Source: a virus
Reading direction: 5' to 3' (one strand)
IMG/VR virus record: IMGVR_UViG_3300027857_000004
Location: 1 to 64,000 of that record
DNA length: 64,000 bases
How positions within the stretch are numbered: position 1 is the first letter of the stretch; the number at the start of each line of letters is the position of its first letter. Both the position numbers and the translations under genes were made by a program. The notes under the pieces are model-generated. The model ran no database searches and had not been told where the DNA came from. It saw only the letters and a list, made by a program, of their open reading frames with translations. Of the stretch, positions 18,801 through 27,398 are shown piece by piece.

Positions 18801-21800
18801 CAACTTCAAGCTGCCTGACACTGCGCGGCTCGGAGGTGGAAAGTTCCCGCTCAATGTCGCCGGGCAGGAAGTAAGCAAAGCGACTATCCCGGGACGCATT
18901 GAGTCGCCAGTGATTCCCAGACCGGAATTTACAGAGGGCGCAGTCAAGAAGTTTCCCGAACTGCAAGGCAGACAGATTCTGGAAGTCAATCCGGTCCGGA
19001 ACGAATTCGAGAATGCGGCGCTGAAGGCGAATAAGCCGATGCCTTCGTTCATCGAATCCGTTCAGAAATTAAACCTGGAGCACATCAAGGAAGCGGAACA
19101 CGCTCCGGAAGCGTCTCCGGAATTCCGCGGCAACACTTTAACACTGTCAGCCGGATTCGCGCCGAAAACGAACGAGCCGCGAGCCGTTAAAATGGCGGCT
19201 ATTCGCGACGAAGGCACCGGCAGGGTTTTCGAGGGTCCGATGCATGCGTCCGCTACGCTCGACTGGCTGCGCGACAAGCACGCTGACAAAATCGATGAAG
19301 CTGGCAATCTGCCGCCCGAAGTAGAATTGGATGCCTGGAATTCGCACCCCAACGTAACCGAAGGATTTACTACAAACAATGGTGAGTTTCTTAACCGAGA
19401 AGAGGCGTTCGAAAGAGCCCAAAGCTTTGGTCAGATGCCAGCTGCTGTAGACGAACCTGGGGCTTCTTTAGAATCCACCGCATTTGAAAAACACAAAAAG
19501 TTAATATCTGCGTTCGCTCCAGCTTCTCGTGAGCAGATGGCAGAATATGAACGTCAACGAGCCGCCTACGAAGCGACTCCCTGGTGGAAGCGTCCACCCG
19601 TAGGGGAGACCGAAACCGGACGGCACACTTCCTACGCCGGTGACCCGGAATCGGGTTTAGTTCTGCACAGCGCGAAGCAGCGCAGCACCGTTTTCGTCAG
19701 GCCGGGAAACGAAGCGAACGCTTTTCTTTCGAAGTGGCAACAGGCGCCGAACCAAGCGGCAAAAGACCAAGTGGTGGAATCTTATTTCGGTCCGACTGGT
19801 GCGCAATTTGCGCCCGATAAAAAGACGTTCATCGTTCGGCACGGCTCGACCGAAATGAACAACTCGGACCCGGACAAAGACTTGATTCGCGGCCATATCG
19901 ATGTTCCGCTCGATGATAAAGGCAGACGCGAAGCGGGTGAGGCTGCTCAGAATATCGCCGACCAAGGCGGAGTTAACCACGTCATCGCGTCCGACTTGGG
20001 TAGGACGCAAGAAACCGGCCAGATAATCGCCGATAAGAACGGCGCGACAATGGAATTAGACCCGGGGTTGCGGCCTTGGAAGTTCGGTCCGACAATCGAA
20101 GGCAAGCCGACGGCGAAGATGCTGCCTGAGATTAAGCGGCTGACCGAGAACCCGGATGAGAGACCGCCCGAGGGTGAAACGTTCAACGAATTCAAAGACC
20201 GCTTTCTGGACGCTTTCCATCGCGCGCAAGAGAATCACGCCGACAAAAACACTGCGATTGTGACGCACTACCGAGGCACGAAGTTGCTCGATGCGTGGCG
20301 CGCTACCGGAACTGACAACGACACAATCGACAAGGCTATTTTCGAGAAATACGACAAAGACAAAACGCCGGGCAACGTTGACGTTGTCGACAAAGCCGGT
20401 GCTGAGCTAGCGCCAGAGCCTGAGAAACAACCAGCAGTCGATAAAGCGGCTGAGTTAATGCGGGATGCGAATGACGATGTCAGCCGACAATGGGCAAGCG
20501 AAGCAGCCGCGCAATTCGCCGCGAAAAAACCTGTCGAAGGTGGGCGAAAATCCAAACAGGATTGGACACTGCGAGAGGGGCCGGGTCTTTTCAGCAAAGC
20601 GTGGATTCTGCCCGATGGCAAACCGGTTCAGCTTGGCGGCCAATGGCACCACGAGTGGCTGAATGAGAATCCGAACATCGCGAAAAAATATGGTCTTAAA
20701 ACTACCACTAGCGCTGAAGACAACCGTTCTGAGGCTTTGCAAAAAGGGTTCGCTCGTGTTAACTATGAAAAAAACACCGGCACGCTCAAGGTCGAAGCTC
20801 GCGCGCAGGATTGGCAAAAAATAGCACCGGCAATCAGGCAGCTAGCGGAAACTAATCTGCGCAAAATCGACAACATGGACGTTCATCTGCTCGACTCCAA
20901 AGCGCAGCGAATAGTCGACTCTGATGGGGTGGCATTGCACACATACGACCCGGGCGAGAAGATGGACCATCTTCCGATGATATCGGAGCCGACGAGCACG
21001 ACCACGATGAGTGCACAAGCTCCAGCAGAAAAAGCTCAATTTTCACCTAGTAAAAAAGAAGATAAAATAAGAGCGGTTGAAAGATACAAACAATTTTGGA
21101 TTTTGAACAATGGTGAAATAGTGCCTTCTCCAGAAGGGCACATGGCTTCTGCTAGAGACGTGCTGCCCCACGAAACCATATTAGAAGACCGTAAAACTGG
21201 TGTGGCAGGTTCCTTATATGATAGCATGCAAAACCGGGGGCATCTTCGGGGCATGCTAATGGAATATCCAAACAAAAGCATAGAAATTGAGGGGTCGGTA
21301 AAAGTGCCAGTGTCCAGATTAGCAAAAGAATCCATAGAAGATATTTCACACGCTCTCGAAAGACCAGCAAATATAAATGGAAAGCGACTGGAGACTGGTT
21401 TTCCGGAAGAACAAGGTCCGGGCCTCGTCTCAAATCAATTCGCACCGAGCGACCATCCGCGCGCTATTCGCGGCGCCGCTGTGCGTGACCGTGAGACCGG
21501 TAAGATTTACGAGGGTCCGATGCACTTCTATGCGTTGCAGCGAGCGGAAGAGGCGGGCGCGACCGGGATACATGACGAAGGTTTTATGACGAACAGCGGC
21601 GAGTTTTTGAATCGCCGAGAAGCATTTGACCGAGCAAAAGAACTAGACCAGTTGAAGACGCCGGAAACTCCGCAGCAAGCGGAAGCGTTGGAACGCGCAG
21701 AGCGATTCGGCGCGTTATCGGAACAAGTCAAAGGCATCCAATTCGCGCCACCGAATCAAGACGAGCTGGACAAAATCAAATCGGGCGAATCGTTCGGTCA

Positions 21801-23559
21801 AACGTTCAACCAGGACGGTTCGGTATGGCAGCCCACAAACAAAAAGCAGGATATCGTCACACTCGCCAGTGTCAACATTCCGACTGCCCAATTGAGTCAG
21901 GACGAAGTCCAGAAAGCATCTGCCCCCTACTCCGATTTGCTGAACAATCCGAATGTCAAACTCGGTGCGTTCAATTTCGAGCAGGCCGGTAAGCCAATGA
22001 CGAGTATCGATATCAACGCCATCGTGCCGCAAGCACACCGCGAGAATTCGCTCAAGTTCGCCAAGGACAACGACCAGATGGCGATTTTCGATATGGCGAA
22101 AAACGATGTGGTGAACACCGGCGGCGCCGGTAACACGAAGCTGACCACTCCGGCGCACATTGCCAAAGCTCTGCCCGCGCTACTCGCTGGAGAACCAGTT
22201 GATGTCGACCGGATTTTAGCTGCCCAACATCGCATAGCGTCGAACATTCCGGCTGGCAAAAAGCCTTTGCCTGTCAGTGACGACTTGTCGGTCAAGTCAG
22301 CTCTCGCGCAGACGACGATGGACAAGTTCACCACCGAAGTTGCGGACCGAATCAAAAGCAATCCAGGTTTTCGAGACATCAAAGGAACGTCTCCAGAGAA
22401 AGTCCTGCCGCAGATTGTGAATCGGATGGCTGAGAATATCCGTTTCCTTTTCGACAAAGCGACCGATGCGAACAAAAAACTGTGGAAGCAATGGTATGAC
22501 ATCGCGAACGATTTAAGCCATCGCCTGGGTGGCGAATTCGAGCTGCCCCACTTTGCTGTCGCCGGTATCAATGCCCGGCTCTCGCCGCAAAAAGATTGGT
22601 ATATGAACGTGACGCTGACTCGCAAGCTTCTTCAGACCGTTGCGGCGGACCCGGCGTGGAGCGAAAGCGACAAACTGTTCACGCGGTCAGTTCTGGAGAA
22701 CGCCGAAACAGCGCGCCGCAAAAAATTAGCCGATGACGGCGAAACTCCGACCCAGAAAAGTATCGATGCATTTAACGACCGCATTGCGAACGTGGAGAGC
22801 ATTCCGGAAGGAAAACGAGTAAGCGAAATGACGCCGGAGGATGCCGCTTACTTGATTCGCAGTCACAACGAACTGAAGGGCGACAAAATAATTGTCGACC
22901 ACAATTTCAAGCCGGTCAAGGGAGCGGGCAAACTGACGTGGCAGACATATGAGGCACTCTCTGATGCGTTGAAGATTCTGCGCAACCCGACTCTCGAAGA
23001 AATCAACACCCAGCTCGGGAGCAACCACAAGGTCAGAAGTTTTTATAACAATCACGTCGACCCGATGAACCCACAAGACGTGACTGTCGACACTCACGCC
23101 GTCGCAGCTTCGCACTTAATGCCCTACGGGAGCAAGAACAAACCTATCTTGGAGAACTTCGGAGCGGTCCGGCACAAAAACTCCGGCTACAACGGAAGCT
23201 ATTTCGTGACTGCCGATGCGTATCGGCAGGTTGCAAAAGAAGTTGGCTTACTCCCGCGCGAAGTTCAATCTATCGTGTGGGAACAAATGCGCAACACGCT
23301 GACACCGGCAGGAAAGCGGACACCTGGATTGGTGAAGCAGACCGACGCAATCTGGGCGAAAGCAGAGAAGGGAAAAATCACTCGCGACGAAGCACGCAAC
23401 CAGATTTACAGCCTTTTCGAAAAGGTCAGCGGTAACAAAGCGAGCAAAGGTCAAGCGGACTGGTATGACGAGTATCTGGCGAGCAAAGAGCAAGCGTTCG
23501 CAAAAGATTTCGAAGGTAAAGAAAGTCTAACACATGAAACTGCCGAACAGCCATTTTAG
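15889..23559 (+). CDS. Large polyvalent internal virion protein (HExxH peptidase-like, histidine phosphatase, duplicated small modules, HhH-glycosylase-like C-terminal domain)
   Basis: 2556 aa. HEARH at 17593-17607; IVRHG...RGHIDVPL...SDLGRT...GETF...IVTH phosphatase at about 19825-20400; LSPQKDW...KVRSFYNN...VTVDTHA...QSIVW at about 22490-23290. Confidence 0.75.
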   Translation: MADPITLTPDEIASATPITQPTAQPVQLTPEEIASAQPVNQANPVNPIRDFTPDQLVALQRQAPESFDIIQQFLSDPTAQKDPAVRRNAEQAYHQLRQEPWYHDLPTPAQMAGSVGTIVKGFGKQASNYAYAAAGAPALGIATATGAGDEQSRQELATEIQNKIATNWAGTETGLTGLISQIGKVVSATGRVLHINKQLADYTPEDKSAAFQDALTQAQQIQSAMKGQGPLMQAVGGNIVPSLNLKPEEVATAAAGDPFSWEAMGTGLGAAGKLTRAAIPEAARAAIQDVSQRAVDTLAKGVTIPAGAAISSFGKLAGMGIERAPGAAAAGAVLGATHALGLPGELSGFLAAGLKDIRSAPITRLGEAVGQAASEAPAFGRQITGAEPVTGAYAQLGRDIVKSIPTAVADIGKGAAFDLGLAATSDTPQEKQAVGLGTTLGILGGVAGAGKRALTGQLIAPREFTGNANYLPGTGTVPILEDLTRQTFPSMTPGQRVRFNATRDFLRGANPNADIFVSSGSDATAKALTDLGYSPDDAARLSSQGGVTTEINGHKVAIVNADSFDTAPHEARHAIENVMGEQALRQLDDEISSAYGTKNMDAIGRYYTSKIFQGRDPGANWQTPLLDITGEGERMAREKLIQQGVPDDQLKQQSSDWGNVLTPAEMQDAANRYVAREIAAENFSTWFSKMGGDVNAKQQVPEKLAQWTAAVMRTFGAEPLAGQVSPLGLPLSSKVIQRVGEQARELTRPSVEPAEEPATGAPRPPEKEARNAVELARTAPDVPVAGGTKSQREILGTVAEAIANRTGVKLNYLSAPEEPAAATTSNRPVRRQMIEIFRSMPESARKLWEKTFFPDKVTKSKKGYQIQGWAPEVFAANAHKLAGTIASTPEMAGLSPYEVDPATKSFTPEAWQQLYNDTSRFVANQQSGRTGSGVPLEVPPGMQEKGFFKPPLKPGAGSLDQRKADFISMLFNFKLPDTARLGGGKFPLNVAGQEVSKATIPGRIESPVIPRPEFTEGAVKKFPELQGRQILEVNPVRNEFENAALKANKPMPSFIESVQKLNLEHIKEAEHAPEASPEFRGNTLTLSAGFAPKTNEPRAVKMAAIRDEGTGRVFEGPMHASATLDWLRDKHADKIDEAGNLPPEVELDAWNSHPNVTEGFTTNNGEFLNREEAFERAQSFGQMPAAVDEPGASLESTAFEKHKKLISAFAPASREQMAEYERQRAAYEATPWWKRPPVGETETGRHTSYAGDPESGLVLHSAKQRSTVFVRPGNEANAFLSKWQQAPNQAAKDQVVESYFGPTGAQFAPDKKTFIVRHGSTEMNNSDPDKDLIRGHIDVPLDDKGRREAGEAAQNIADQGGVNHVIASDLGRTQETGQIIADKNGATMELDPGLRPWKFGPTIEGKPTAKMLPEIKRLTENPDERPPEGETFNEFKDRFLDAFHRAQENHADKNTAIVTHYRGTKLLDAWRATGTDNDTIDKAIFEKYDKDKTPGNVDVVDKAGAELAPEPEKQPAVDKAAELMRDANDDVSRQWASEAAAQFAAKKPVEGGRKSKQDWTLREGPGLFSKAWILPDGKPVQLGGQWHHEWLNENPNIAKKYGLKTTTSAEDNRSEALQKGFARVNYEKNTGTLKVEARAQDWQKIAPAIRQLAETNLRKIDNMDVHLLDSKAQRIVDSDGVALHTYDPGEKMDHLPMISEPTSTTTMSAQAPAEKAQFSPSKKEDKIRAVERYKQFWILNNGEIVPSPEGHMASARDVLPHETILEDRKTGVAGSLYDSMQNRGHLRGMLMEYPNKSIEIEGSVKVPVSRLAKESIEDISHALERPANINGKRLETGFPEEQGPGLVSNQFAPSDHPRAIRGAAVRDRETGKIYEGPMHFYALQRAEEAGATGIHDEGFMTNSGEFLNRREAFDRAKELDQLKTPETPQQAEALERAERFGALSEQVKGIQFAPPNQDELDKIKSGESFGQTFNQDGSVWQPTNKKQDIVTLASVNIPTAQLSQDEVQKASAPYSDLLNNPNVKLGAFNFEQAGKPMTSIDINAIVPQAHRENSLKFAKDNDQMAIFDMAKNDVVNTGGAGNTKLTTPAHIAKALPALLAGEPVDVDRILAAQHRIASNIPAGKKPLPVSDDLSVKSALAQTTMDKFTTEVADRIKSNPGFRDIKGTSPEKVLPQIVNRMAENIRFLFDKATDANKKLWKQWYDIANDLSHRLGGEFELPHFAVAGINARLSPQKDWYMNVTLTRKLLQTVAADPAWSESDKLFTRSVLENAETARRKKLADDGETPTQKSIDAFNDRIANVESIPEGKRVSEMTPEDAAYLIRSHNELKGDKIIVDHNFKPVKGAGKLTWQTYEALSDALKILRNPTLEEINTQLGSNHKVRSFYNNHVDPMNPQDVTVDTHAVAASHLMPYGSKNKPILENFGAVRHKNSGYNGSYFVTADAYRQVAKEVGLLPREVQSIVWEQMRNTLTPAGKRTPGLVKQTDAIWAKAEKGKITRDEARNQIYSLFEKVSGNKASKGQADWYDEYLASKEQAFAKDFEGKESLTHETAEQPF

Positions 23560-23767
23560 AATCCCGGCTATATCTCCGGAAGATAAAGACGTGCCCGAAA
23601 TCGAACCCCAGCAGGCGTTCGTCGCAGACCCTGAGTCCGACACCGTTAAAAAACTGGCGAAGCTAATCGGCTGGGACAAAGTCAGGGAGCTGGCCGAACC
23701 GACCCCGAAAGAATCGACTGCCCACCTCGTGCAGCCTAGCCCCAGGTCAACAATCAACCGACTGTAA
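23534..23767 (+). CDS. Hypothetical protein
   Basis: 77-aa ORF overlapping the end of the giant gene. Confidence 0.4.
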   Translation: MKLPNSHFRIPAISPEDKDVPEIEPQQAFVADPESDTVKKLAKLIGWDKVRELAEPTPKESTAHLVQPSPRSTINRL

Positions 23768-23771
23768 TCGT

Positions 23772-24506
23772 ATGCCAGATGCCCAATCTTTAGTCCAACC
23801 TTTAGCCGCACCGATGCCGCAGACCACTGGGGGTGCGCCAATACCCAACACCGCAGACGGCGCAGCTGGGGGCAGCCCTGCGCCGAATTCGGCCACTCCT
23901 GAAGGCCCAGCCATACCCAAGGAATTGGTGAAGCACCCAGCCTTCCAGGCACTGTTCTCCGGCGCGCCGCCCGCGCTATCCTATCACATTAAGGGGTTTG
24001 CCGACCGCGATGAGCGGGAGCTATTCTCTAAAAACAAAGCCTTTCTCCAAAAAGCCGGGATATCGGTTTACAAGTCAATCAGCGGAGATAGGGGCGTGAT
24101 ATTCAATGCTTTACATGTTCATCCGCAAGACCTGTATGCGGCTGACAAGATGGGAAAACTCGACCAGATTGCCCCCGACTTTGATGTCGTAAATCACGCG
24201 GTGGCGAAAAGCGGCATATCGAACCCGGTTCTGCGGGTTGGGCACGTCCCAGCGGCGCCACCGATGTCCAGGTCAGCCACTATAGCGCCCCAATCTGCGT
24301 CCCAGGATGCCCTAGCACAGCGCGTAATGGGCAACCAAGCTCCTGGGCCGGGGCAAACCCCTCCCGTGGCTCCTACGCTTCCTGCATCAGTTCAAAAGCG
24401 GCTTCTAGCAGAACGTTCTGCGAACCTAACGCCCGGGGCACCAACCGCGGGACAGGCGCCTGGGCAGGGCCGTCTGTTAAATTCGATTTTGAAACCGGTT
24501 CAGTGA
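23772..24506 (+). CDS. Hypothetical Pro-rich protein (last gene of the virion arm)
   Basis: 244 aa; has its own CGACT promoter motif at 23737-23767. Confidence 0.7.
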   Translation: MPDAQSLVQPLAAPMPQTTGGAPIPNTADGAAGGSPAPNSATPEGPAIPKELVKHPAFQALFSGAPPALSYHIKGFADRDERELFSKNKAFLQKAGISVYKSISGDRGVIFNALHVHPQDLYAADKMGKLDQIAPDFDVVNHAVAKSGISNPVLRVGHVPAAPPMSRSATIAPQSASQDALAQRVMGNQAPGPGQTPPVAPTLPASVQKRLLAERSANLTPGAPTAGQAPGQGRLLNSILKPVQ

Positions 24507-24957
24507 CCGGAAAGTTAAGAAGAGCAAACTGTCCGAAAAGCGCTAGGGCACGCTTGTCATACGCCTGGGCTGCCTCAATGGCCGTATCGAAGCAGCCGAT
24601 GTGTATTCGCTGTCGGTCTTTGCCGATAGTGGCATAGTATTTATTTCCTCGATTTGGCCGGAAATGAACGCCCTTGTATCCGCTTTTGTTACGCTTAGGC
24701 TTGCCTTTATTTGCTTGGTTTTGAGAGTTGGTGCAGTCTCTAAGGTTGTCCCGCTGATTGTTTAACCCATCGCCGTCCCAGTGGTCTGAAAATTCGTAAT
24801 CCGGATTAAGAAGTTTATGCAACGGAATGCTACTAACGGCATAAACTGTATTTTTGTCCTTCCGCTTCTTGGCTTGCCATTTGAATTTACTTAAAAATTC
24901 AAAATCGGCGTCATCGACTTTTGTAACGAATCCTTGCGTGAGTTTAATTTCTTTCAT
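24373..24957 (-). CDS. HNH homing endonuclease with AP2 DNA-binding domain
   Basis: MKEIKLTQG...VDDADF, DHWDGDGLNNQRDNLR..T.SQN..N, SGYKGV...IG.FDT..EAA.AYD..A...FG.FA.LNF. Confidence 0.85.
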   Translation of the reverse strand: MKEIKLTQGFVTKVDDADFEFLSKFKWQAKKRKDKNTVYAVSSIPLHKLLNPDYEFSDHWDGDGLNNQRDNLRDCTNSQNQANKGKPKRNKSGYKGVHFRPNRGNKYYATIGKDRQRIHIGCFDTAIEAAQAYDKRALALFGQFALLNFPVTEPVSKSNLTDGPAQAPVPRLVPRALGSQNVLLEAAFELMQEA

Positions 24958-24969
24958 TGTCTTCAATAG

Positions 24970-26268
24970 CTATTCTATCGGGAACCCGGCGGGAATGGTG
25001 TAGGGCAGCTTGTCACCCACGGCATCCGCGAATTTTAGCGTCAGCGGGTATTCAGCCGTGCGTCCGTATTTCGGATGCACGAACATCAGCCGTTGCATAG
25101 GGTCAACCGGATTGAAGTTGCCCGCTAGAGCAAACCCGTCGAGCCCAGGGAAGCCGCCATTGATAATCACCTCGCCCAACGCATGCGGAAGTTGAATGCC
25201 CCGGTGAAGATGCCCCACGAGGTAATAGTGCGGCGATTGCCGGTCGTGCTTCGTGAACAACTGGGTCGTGGTGGAAATCTCACGCGCAATAGCGTGGTTC
25301 GGAATTCCAAGCGCTTTGTCTCCACCGCGGAGGTGGTCACCGTGCGCCGCTCGAAATGTGAAACCCTGGACTTCGAAAACTGTGAACGGCTGCTGGTTCA
25401 AATTCCAGCGAATGTTTTTAAGGTCGCTTGTCAGTGCCTCAACCAGCGCATACAAAAACATATCGAGGTTCGAATAGCGATTGTCAGTCGGCATCTTGTG
25501 CTGAGACTGCCACCGGGTGTGGTTGCCGACAACAGTGTGGATTCGAATCTGAGGAACGCGCGCCGACAGCACTCGGAGAAATTGCGCGATAGCGTGCCCG
25601 GCGCCATAGAATTGCGAGAAGAGCGTGGTGTGTTGGCCAGCTTCAACGCCGTGATTCAACGCGCCGTGCAGCATGTCGCCCAGCATCGCAATTACCAGCT
25701 CATCGATTTTGACCGTCGTGTGGTTTTCCAGAATCGACAGCACTGATTCTTCCAGATACTTCAGGCGCGACAGGAAAATGCTGAAGTTGTATTCGCCGAA
25801 CCCGAGCGTTTGCTCCGGCGTGATTACCTGTCCGACGTGGGTGTCTGAGAAGAGAAGAACTGCGCTCTGGTTCGCGCTCTTGCCTCCCACCTTTCGAACC
25901 TGTGTAATCGCTGGCGCTGCCGCATACGACTGCGGAGCGATTGCCCTGATATCAGCAACCAGAGCATCCACAACCGAGTTTTCATGGAGAGCTTTTTCAT
26001 ATTTCGTTTGGAGCTGAGAATATCGTTTCCGCCACAGCTCACCGGTGGCGCGTTCCTGGTCTTCCGAATATTTCGACTCAGCTGATGTAGTCGCCACCAA
26101 AGGCTGTAGGCCCAGGCCCGCTATCTTTCGTTCCACCGCTTTGTGGGTTCTTCCGAGTGCCTTTGCGAGCTGCCGGACGCTTAGCCCGCTTTCTCGAAGG
26201 TCCGTTAACATTTTCTCTTCGCTCGGTCTCCACGGGTTTGCTTTGCTCTTGTTGGGTCTGTTGCTCAT
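24970..26268 (-). CDS. Calcineurin-like metallophosphoesterase with N-terminal HTH
   Basis: SDTHVG, LGDMLHG, VGNH, AHGD and VGHLH metal motifs; N-terminal W...E...L...GLSVRQLAKALGRT. Confidence 0.85.
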   Translation of the reverse strand: MSNRPNKSKANPWRPSEEKMLTDLRESGLSVRQLAKALGRTHKAVERKIAGLGLQPLVATTSAESKYSEDQERATGELWRKRYSQLQTKYEKALHENSVVDALVADIRAIAPQSYAAAPAITQVRKVGGKSANQSAVLLFSDTHVGQVITPEQTLGFGEYNFSIFLSRLKYLEESVLSILENHTTVKIDELVIAMLGDMLHGALNHGVEAGQHTTLFSQFYGAGHAIAQFLRVLSARVPQIRIHTVVGNHTRWQSQHKMPTDNRYSNLDMFLYALVEALTSDLKNIRWNLNQQPFTVFEVQGFTFRAAHGDHLRGGDKALGIPNHAIAREISTTTQLFTKHDRQSPHYYLVGHLHRGIQLPHALGEVIINGGFPGLDGFALAGNFNPVDPMQRLMFVHPKYGRTAEYPLTLKFADAVGDKLPYTIPAGFPIE

Positions 26269-26887
26269 TATTTTTGGGATACGGTTCAGGCGTCTGACCA
26301 TTTTCAATTTGTTGTTCTCTGCGTTCTAAATACTGCGCCACAATCGCGGGCACGCCCTGTTCGAAAACTTCGTCGAACGCGCGCAAAGCAGCCTCCGGCG
26401 ATTTGCCGGTGCCGATGATGCAGTTATTCGCATCATTCGGGTCACCGATAAAAGCGGCGTAAGTCACTCCGTCCACACATCGCGCAAGGGCTGGGTGAAA
26501 CCGAAAGTGCGGAGTGGTGTAGTAGTAAGCCGCCTGCGCTTGGTGCTCCAGAAACTTTTTATTCAGCGCGTGCGATTCGAGAAACTCTTTTTCGAGTGCG
26601 TGCTGCTTGTCCAGGCTCCAGCGGCATTTGTCGGCAATAATAGCTTCGAGTGCTTCAGTCGCTTTGATGAACAGATTTTCGGCAGCGATTTTCGCTTCGG
26701 GCGGCATCGTGTCGGTCTGTTCCTGCGGCTCGCTCTGGCCGAACATTCCCACGTTGGGAGGATTGCGCAAACTCGCCAAAGCGAGACTGGCAATCTGCAT
26801 CAGATTATTAATCTGATTTTGAGTCGTGACTTCCGCGTTCGGGAAAATCAACTGTGATGTCGGCGTTTTCGGCTGCTGACCATTCAT
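26078..26887 (-). CDS. Hypothetical protein
   Basis: ATGA-coupled to the ruvC-like gene; its low-complexity tail overlaps the next gene. Confidence 0.6.
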   Translation of the reverse strand: MNGQQPKTPTSQLIFPNAEVTTQNQINNLMQIASLALASLRNPPNVGMFGQSEPQEQTDTMPPEAKIAAENLFIKATEALEAIIADKCRWSLDKQHALEKEFLESHALNKKFLEHQAQAAYYYTTPHFRFHPALARCVDGVTYAAFIGDPNDANNCIIGTGKSPEAALRAFDEVFEQGVPAIVAQYLERREQQIENGQTPEPYPKNNEQQTQQEQSKPVETERRENVNGPSRKRAKRPAARKGTRKNPQSGGTKDSGPGPTAFGGDYIS

Positions 26888-27393
26888 CGTCTTGCTAGAG
26901 TTTGTGCTGCCCATTTCCAGATAAAGATAGCGTCAACCGCATTATCGTCCAACTCTTTTTTCGAGAATTCTGGATGCCTCATTTTCAGCGCACGCGCCAT
27001 CATCGATTTGTCCGCGTTGCCCGCGCCGGTGGCAAATTTCTTCAGCGTAGTCACGGGCACGCACTCAACCGTGACATCAGCGGCATTCGCTGCAATCCAC
27101 ACCACGGCGCGAAAGCTTGACCAGAGTTGTGTTTGCTTCGTGTATGTCGAGAATTCCACGTCTTCGAAAATAATCGCGTCGAGCTTCGTAGTTTGCAATT
27201 TCCCGGCGAGCCATCTTTCGAATCTCAAGACTCTCGGGTCCGAGGTGCGTGTCAATCGCATCCTGCCGAATTGTGTCACCTCTGTTTTGGTTGCCCACAG
27301 AATGCTTCCCGCTTGCGGGACCGGCGCGCCGATGCCGGTTTGCCCCAGGCAATAGCCGGTCGTTGTGCCCAGGTCTAGCGCTAAAATATTCAC
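26884..27393 (-). CDS. RuvC-like Holliday junction resolvase
   Basis: ILALDLGTTTG, IIFE, LKKFATG.GNADK..M, DDNAVDA. Confidence 0.9.
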   Translation of the reverse strand: MNILALDLGTTTGYCLGQTGIGAPVPQAGSILWATKTEVTQFGRMRLTRTSDPRVLRFERWLAGKLQTTKLDAIIFEDVEFSTYTKQTQLWSSFRAVVWIAANAADVTVECVPVTTLKKFATGAGNADKSMMARALKMRHPEFSKKELDDNAVDAIFIWKWAAQTLARR

Positions 27394-27398
27394 TCATA

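Noticed and set aside
15720-23493. Numerous antisense ORFs of 60-230 aa within the giant gene
   Set aside because: Expected shadows of a long GC-rich coding frame; no motifs or promoters.
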